A stretch of 59,859 nt of DNA, counting the filler. It is 4 parts of 4 records of this genome, joined end to end, with 100 filler letters (N's around TTAATTAATTAA, not from the genome) between each part and the next. Parts side by side here need not be neighbours in the genome. Positions count along the whole stretch, not along the records: positions 53,569 to 59,859 come from SRR31156797_772; 3 more parts are not named here. One strand, written 5' to 3'. The translations under genes and the position numbers were made by a program. Under the pieces are notes generated by a model, which made no database searches, had not been told where the DNA came from, and saw nothing but the letters and a program-made list of their open reading frames with translations. This document shows positions 54,672 through 59,859 of this stretch, piece by piece; the stretch's first letter is position 1; every line of letters starts with the position of its first letter.

Positions 54672-56405
54672 TCAGAACAAAGTGATCTCGCCGCTGGCGG
54701 CGCCTTCGTCGATGACGTCAAGGGAGTCGTCTATGTCCGCTTTCTTCTTGTGGACATAGATCGTGAACTTATCGATCAGTTCCCTGATCTTCTCACCCTT
54801 GAGCTCCCAGTGCTGAAGGCCGTTTTCTGTAAGGGCCGTCTGCAGGGCCTGTTCGGTTTTCTCCTTTCTGCTCTTGAAATCCAGGAGGATACGGTCGATG
54901 TGCCCTATCAGGTCCTCCATCCTTCCGAGGTCTTCACTGCTGGCTTTATAGACTATCTTGAACTGTTCTCCCGCCTCCAGGAGCTCGGTCATATTTTCTT
55001 CCAGATCAATGCTGCAGCTCTCCACATCGCCCAGCTTGTCCTGGAGAAGGGAATTGTATCTTTCCACGCTCTCTCCCTCTCGGGAGCCGTGCTTCATAAA
55101 GTTGCTGAAGATTCTTCCCGAGCCTTTCTTGAAATGCTGGATGCTGCGGCTGATCTCTTCTACCGAGTTCTCTATAGAATCGGTCCTCTCCCTGATATTC
55201 TCGATGATGTAGGCCATGTTCTCCAGATGAGGCAGCTTGGCCGCCTCCACCCTGCTGGATATATTGATGGTTTTAATCCAGTGAATGATCCTGGAGAAAC
55301 TGCTGTATGTCTTATCCAGCAGATCTATCTCTTTGAATATCACTTCCAGCTTTTTCTGGAACTGCTCGCGTCGCAGGGCCTTGTTGATTCCTTCCAGTTC
55401 GCTGTACAGGTCGCTCTGTATCTCGGCTATCTGAAGGCGGCACGACTCCTCACGGTCGTTTCCGCTGAGCCGCTGCCCCGTCTCTTTGAGGTAATCCACA
55501 AGCCCTTTCAGTTCTTCCGCCTTTATCCGGAACAATTGAAAGGTATCCTTCAGCTCCTTGCGGATGTCTTCCAGGATGTCATAGCAGAAGCCGTAGACCC
55601 GGCTCTCATAGCTCAGGGATTCAAGCTTTTCTTCCGCCATAACGGGAACGACATCGTCCACATGCTCAAGGGAGAGGATGATATGGTCCACAGACTGGCG
55701 GACGATGTCGTGTTTCTGGACTTCCGAAATGATCTGGTGAACAGGCTCTTTCAGAGACCGCGCATTGCTGTCAATCGAAGCCAGAACGGAGGACGACATC
55801 TTCTGGTACTGACCAGACACCTGCAGAAGCCGGCTGAAGCTGTCTTTTATCTCGTCTATAGAGGAGGTCATGCTGTCCTTACCCGTATTCATGGATGAAA
55901 CAATTTCCATAAAGTACTCATTCAGCTCGCCGCCCTTGGCCTTGAGCCTTTTGCTCTGGTAGGCGGACTCTTTGGAGACTCTCTGGAGTTCTTCCGTTAT
56001 ATAGGGAAAGGCTCCTCCGTTCTTTCCAGCCTTGAGAGCGGTAACCATGGCATTAAGGGAGATAAGCTCCAACTCTGCCGAATCATCCTCAATGCTATCG
56101 ATTTCGGCATCAAGGGATTTCAGAATCTCAAGCTCTGCGGCCATGTCGTCAAGAAAGAGAGAATCCTTTTCCAGCATGCGACCCAGCAGCGATCCCTGTT
56201 GGTTCACAACCTCCTGGATCTCACTGACAAGATCCTCGAGGTTATGACAGACATCGTCCCTCTGTTCCGATTTTTTCAGTTCGCTCGTCTTCTTTTCCAA
56301 GTCGCCGAGCATGCGAGGATACTGCTCAGTTATATTGAGGAATATTTCCCCCAGAGATTCTACGATTTTTTTTAGTTCAGCACTGATGCTCAGGGATTCA
56401 GTCAT
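54672..56405 (-). CDS. Soluble divergent methyl-accepting chemotaxis-like protein
   Basis: [27 protein letters not shown] hairpin-like motif, no TM, C-terminal GEITLF; last gene of the che operon. Confidence 0.7.
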   Translation of the reverse strand: MTESLSISAELKKIVESLGEIFLNITEQYPRMLGDLEKKTSELKKSEQRDDVCHNLEDLVSEIQEVVNQQGSLLGRMLEKDSLFLDDMAAELEILKSLDAEIDSIEDDSAELELISLNAMVTALKAGKNGGAFPYITEELQRVSKESAYQSKRLKAKGGELNEYFMEIVSSMNTGKDSMTSSIDEIKDSFSRLLQVSGQYQKMSSSVLASIDSNARSLKEPVHQIISEVQKHDIVRQSVDHIILSLEHVDDVVPVMAEEKLESLSYESRVYGFCYDILEDIRKELKDTFQLFRIKAEELKGLVDYLKETGQRLSGNDREESCRLQIAEIQSDLYSELEGINKALRREQFQKKLEVIFKEIDLLDKTYSSFSRIIHWIKTINISSRVEAAKLPHLENMAYIIENIRERTDSIENSVEEISRSIQHFKKGSGRIFSNFMKHGSREGESVERYNSLLQDKLGDVESCSIDLEENMTELLEAGEQFKIVYKASSEDLGRMEDLIGHIDRILLDFKSRKEKTEQALQTALTENGLQHWELKGEKIRELIDKFTIYVHKKKADIDDSLDVIDEGAASGEITLF

Positions 56406-57495
56406 TCGTTTTTCTGATAACCTCCGCTGCTATTTTTTCTAGAGACAGAATCTGGTCGACTCCTCCCCTCTTAATAGCCTCATTGGGCATTCCGAATACC
56501 ACGCAACTGGCTTCGTCCTGCGCGATATTATAGGAACCGGCTTCCTTCAGCTCCAGCATCCCCCGGGCGCCGTCATCTCCCATCCCCGTCATGATCACTC
56601 CGACCGTATTGGGCCCCGAATAACGGGCGGCCGAACGGAACAGAACATCCACAGAGGGTTTATGGCGGCAAACGAGGGGGCCTTCTTTGGTCTCCACATA
56701 GTAACGGGCGCCCTGTCTTTTCAGAAGGAGGTGTTTGTTCCCGGGAGCGATGAGGGCGCGTCCGGGATAGACGACGTCGTTGTTTTCCGCTTCCTTTACC
56801 TCGATCTTGCACAGGGTGTTCAATCGTTCGGCAAATGACTTGGTGAAGTGCTCCGGCATATGCTGGACGATAACGATTCCCGGAGAGTTCAAGGGCATCA
56901 TCTCGAGAAAGATCCTCAGGGCCTCCGTGCCGCCCGTGGAAGCGCCTACGGCAACGATCTTTTCCGTCGTGTCTATGGACAGGGGGCGGTTGGACTTGGC
57001 TAATATGGCATCGGCCGTGAGCTTGGGCGCTACCTTTCCGCCGATACCGACTCCGGCGGAACCGGGAGGTCTCCGTTTGATCTTCGCCTTGCTGCGGGCA
57101 GCCGCTCTTATGACGTCGCAGATTCTTATCCGGGACTCCTGCAGGAACTCTTTGGTCCCCACTTTCGGCTTCTGGACGATATCAACGGCCCCGAGTTCCA
57201 TGGCGGTCAGAGCGTTCTGTCCGCCCTTCTCCGTTTTGCTGGAGCAGATGATGGTCGGGATGGGATCTTCAGACATCAGTTTCTTCAGAAACGTAAGTCC
57301 GTCCATCTGGGGCATCTCGATATCCAAAACGATGACATCGGGCCTGTTCATCTCGATCTTCTTCTGACCTATGATGGGATTGGGCGCCGTGTTGATAACC
57401 TCTATATCCTTTTCATCCTCGATAACGGTTGATAAGGTCTGCCTGACAACGGCCGAATCATCGATTATCAGTACTTTTATCTTGTTTGCTGCCAT
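56398..57495 (-). CDS. cheB: Chemotaxis methylesterase CheB
   Basis: REC domain plus GASTGG, QHMP, TGMGDDG. Confidence 0.98.
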   Translation of the reverse strand: MAANKIKVLIIDDSAVVRQTLSTVIEDEKDIEVINTAPNPIIGQKKIEMNRPDVIVLDIEMPQMDGLTFLKKLMSEDPIPTIICSSKTEKGGQNALTAMELGAVDIVQKPKVGTKEFLQESRIRICDVIRAAARSKAKIKRRPPGSAGVGIGGKVAPKLTADAILAKSNRPLSIDTTEKIVAVGASTGGTEALRIFLEMMPLNSPGIVIVQHMPEHFTKSFAERLNTLCKIEVKEAENNDVVYPGRALIAPGNKHLLLKRQGARYYVETKEGPLVCRHKPSVDVLFRSAARYSGPNTVGVIMTGMGDDGARGMLELKEAGSYNIAQDEASCVVFGMPNEAIKRGGVDQILSLEKIAAEVIRKTND

Positions 57496-57511
57496 GAATC
57501 ACCTCATCCTC

Positions 57512-58351
57512 TTAAGATTTTTTATAGACCGTCGGAGCAACCGACACATAGGGGAGGCTCATCCCCGTGATGGTTTCGGAGTGCCCCAGGAACAGATATC
57601 CGTCATGCTTCAGATGCCTGTGCAGATTCAGGAGAATCTTTTTCTGTTTCTCCTGGGAAAAATAGATCAGAACATTGCGGCAGAAGATCACATCAAAGGT
57701 TTTCCTTATACTATATTCATCGTCCATCAGGTTCTGCTGGAAAAAACCGACATTCTTCTGCAGAAAGGGCTTGACCTTGACCAGCTCGTCCGCGGCCTTC
57801 TTGCTTTTCAGGAAGAACTGTTTCTTCATTTGCAGCGGCAGGGAATCGATCCTCGATATGTGGTAGATTCCGCGGCTCGCCTTGGCGAGAACCTCCTGGG
57901 ATATGTCCGAGCCCAGAACGGAATAGCTCATACCGGCGTACTCCGCCTTGATGCCTTCCATCACCATGGCAAGGGTATAGATCTCCTCTCCCGTGGAGCT
58001 GGCGGAGGACCAGATCTCAAAACTGTTCTTTCCCTTGCTCAGGGACGGTTTGACGACCTTGTCCTCAAGATAGACGAAATGGTCAGGCTCCCTGAAAAAG
58101 TCGGTCTTGTTGGTGGTGACCACATCGATCATAAAGGGGAATTCCACGCGCAGACCCTTCTCGCTGAACAGAAAGTCGCAGTAGCTCTCAAAGTCCGGAA
58201 GGGAGAGGGCGCGCAGTCTTTTATGGAGTCTCGACTCGAGCATGATCCTCTTGATGTCAGGCATGCGGATACCCAGCTCGGTTTCGATGAACTGACTCAG
58301 CCTTCTGAATTCTCGGTCATTGAGAGTGGGGCGCTCGAGGATCTCGCTCAT
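57512..58351 (-). CDS. cheR: Chemotaxis methyltransferase CheR
   Basis: TTNKTDFFRE, SSTGEE.Y, IFCRNVLIYF, GHSE. Confidence 0.97.
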   Translation of the reverse strand: MSEILERPTLNDREFRRLSQFIETELGIRMPDIKRIMLESRLHKRLRALSLPDFESYCDFLFSEKGLRVEFPFMIDVVTTNKTDFFREPDHFVYLEDKVVKPSLSKGKNSFEIWSSASSTGEEIYTLAMVMEGIKAEYAGMSYSVLGSDISQEVLAKASRGIYHISRIDSLPLQMKKQFFLKSKKAADELVKVKPFLQKNVGFFQQNLMDDEYSIRKTFDVIFCRNVLIYFSQEKQKKILLNLHRHLKHDGYLFLGHSETITGMSLPYVSVAPTVYKKS

Positions 58352-59859
58352 TCAACCACATCCTCTTTCTTGGCAAGTTCGGCCATGCGGTTCACATCGA
58401 GAATCAGCGCGACTGTGCCGTCTCCCAGTATGGTGGCGCCTGTGATGTAGTTTATGCCTTTGTAAAGCTTGCCCATGTTCTTGATGACCGTCTGATGGTC
58501 CCCTATGACCTCATCCACGACGAAGCCGGTCGTACCGCTTTCGGCCTGAATGATGACGAGGTGCTCCCGTTCGGGAAGCTCTCCGTCGTCTGTGAAAAGC
58601 TCTCTCAGGCGTATGTAGGGAATCACCGATTCCCTGTATTCCACAAGCCGTTTCTTTCCATGGGAATCCCTCTGGTCCCTGGTCAGTTCCATACAGGCCT
58701 GTACCATGGACAGCGGAAACACGTACTTCTCTTCTCCGATCCGGACCAGAAGCCCTTCGATTATGGCGAGGGTGAAGGGAAGGTGGAGGGAGAACTCAGT
58801 TCCCTTGCCCGGATTGCTTTTGATCTGTATGGTTCCGTTCAGGGCGTCGATCTGTTTCCGGACCACGTCCATGCCCACGCCTCTGCCTGAAACGCTTGTA
58901 ACCGACTTGGCGGTGGAGAAGCCGGGCATAAAGATCAGGTTATAGATCTCCTCATCGCTGAGCTGGGCATCGGGGGGAATCACCTCCCGTTCGACCGCCT
59001 TGCTGTAGATGGCGTTTTTATCCAGTCCCTTTCCATCGTCCCGTATCTGAAGCCGGACATTGGCGCCCGTATAATGGGCGTCCAGGGTGATGGTCCCCAT
59101 CTCTTCCTTTCCGTCTCCCCTTCTGTCCTCGGGCGACTCGATGCCATGGTCGATGGAGTTTCGGATAAGATGGACCAGAGGGTCGTTCAGCTTTTCGATT
59201 ACGTTCTTGTCCAGCTCCGTATCTCCGCCCCTGGTAACGAGCTGGATATTCTTATCCAGGCTTGAGGAGAGGTCTCTCACCAGCCTCTTGAAGCGGGAAA
59301 AGGTCGTGCCTATGGGAACCATGCGGAGGCTCATGGTATTGTCCCTCAGGTCGGAGGTCAGTCTTTCTATCTGCTCGGCAAGGGCGGAGAGGGAAGAGGA
59401 CTGGTCCTGGGCGGCAAGCTGGGTCAGCCTGGCCTGGGCCGTGACAAGCTCTCCTACCGAATCCACAAGGCTGTCCAGCTTGGAACTGGCGACGCGTATC
59501 GTGGCCGCAGCGCCGGCGCTCATATTCTGTTTCAGAGAGTTGGAAATCTTTTGTTCCTCTAGGGCAGACTTCACCGCAGATCCCGAAACGACACCCTTCT
59601 CCACCAGGATCTCTCCCAGCTTCTTTCTGGTGTCGAGGATGCTGTTCAGTTCCTTGGAACTCACCAGGCCCCTGTCCACCAGTATCTCCCCCAGTTTCCT
59701 GTTGTCTCCGCCCAGCAGATTCTGCCAGTCGGAGATCAGGGTCACCTCTATGGCGGACCGGGAATCCAGGAATATAAAGACATCTTTGATGGCGTCTACC
59801 GTGGATGTGGTGGTCAGGAAGATCTCCCAGTAGGTATAACAGAGCTCGGGATTGTAGGA
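58348..59859 (-). CDS. cheA: Chemotaxis histidine kinase CheA (5' part outside the window)
   Basis: LVHLIRNSIDHG, DDGKG, GFSTA..SGRGVGMDVV, C-terminal CheW-like domain; frame stays open to the window end. Confidence 0.97.
   Translation of the reverse strand, partial: SYNPELCYTYWEIFLTTTSTVDAIKDVFIFLDSRSAIEVTLISDWQNLLGGDNRKLGEILVDRGLVSSKELNSILDTRKKLGEILVEKGVVSGSAVKSALEEQKISNSLKQNMSAGAAATIRVASSKLDSLVDSVGELVTAQARLTQLAAQDQSSSLSALAEQIERLTSDLRDNTMSLRMVPIGTTFSRFKRLVRDLSSSLDKNIQLVTRGGDTELDKNVIEKLNDPLVHLIRNSIDHGIESPEDRRGDGKEEMGTITLDAHYTGANVRLQIRDDGKGLDKNAIYSKAVEREVIPPDAQLSDEEIYNLIFMPGFSTAKSVTSVSGRGVGMDVVRKQIDALNGTIQIKSNPGKGTEFSLHLPFTLAIIEGLLVRIGEEKYVFPLSMVQACMELTRDQRDSHGKKRLVEYRESVIPYIRLRELFTDDGELPEREHLVIIQAESGTTGFVVDEVIGDHQTVIKNMGKLYKGINYITGATILGDGTVALILDVNRMAELAKKEDVVE

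Noticed and set aside
54327-54672. CRISPR-Cas locus suggested by the Cas2-like gene
   Set aside because: No repeat-spacer array or other cas genes are visible anywhere in the window.

Overview
The window is not one locus. It is four unrelated contigs joined by artificial 100-bp spacers (N-run, TTAATTAATTAA, N-run) at 16714-16813, 27794-27893 and 53469-53568. Segment 1 (1-16713, GC-rich, alphaproteobacterial/Rhodospirillales-like) carries an ArnT-like glycosyltransferase end, CIRCE-controlled groES-groEL, a GT-C-like membrane protein, a TerB-family gene, PAS-GGDEF-EAL, a DinG helicase, MmcQ/YjbR and a peptide ABC transporter. Segment 2 (16814-27793, AT-rich) is an integron and the main discovery. 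It has a long integron integrase whose 5' end is fused directly to a truncated ThsB-like TIR gene, followed by a small 3-TM gene. After that comes a ~8.5-kb five-gene operon closed by one attC: TIR, a 953-aa possible degenerate-NTPase/helical protein, a protein with about five tandem SPFH-like modules, a ZorA/MotA-like channel with a long coiled-coil tail, and a MotB/ExbD-like partner. I do not recognise this combination as a described system; it is a candidate Zorya-related anti-phage system. Segment 3 (27894-53468) is Vibrio-like housekeeping DNA (carAB, dapB, mutT, secA, dciA, lpxC, the dcw cluster, rnpB), with an apparent 16-codon in-frame deletion in ftsA and two palindromic elements between secA and mutT. 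Segment 4 (53569-59859, spirochaete-like) has frameshifted prfB, an orphan Cas2/VapD-like gene, and a chemotaxis operon whose CheA carries MshEN-like motifs. All family calls come from motif recognition by eye; no database searches were run.
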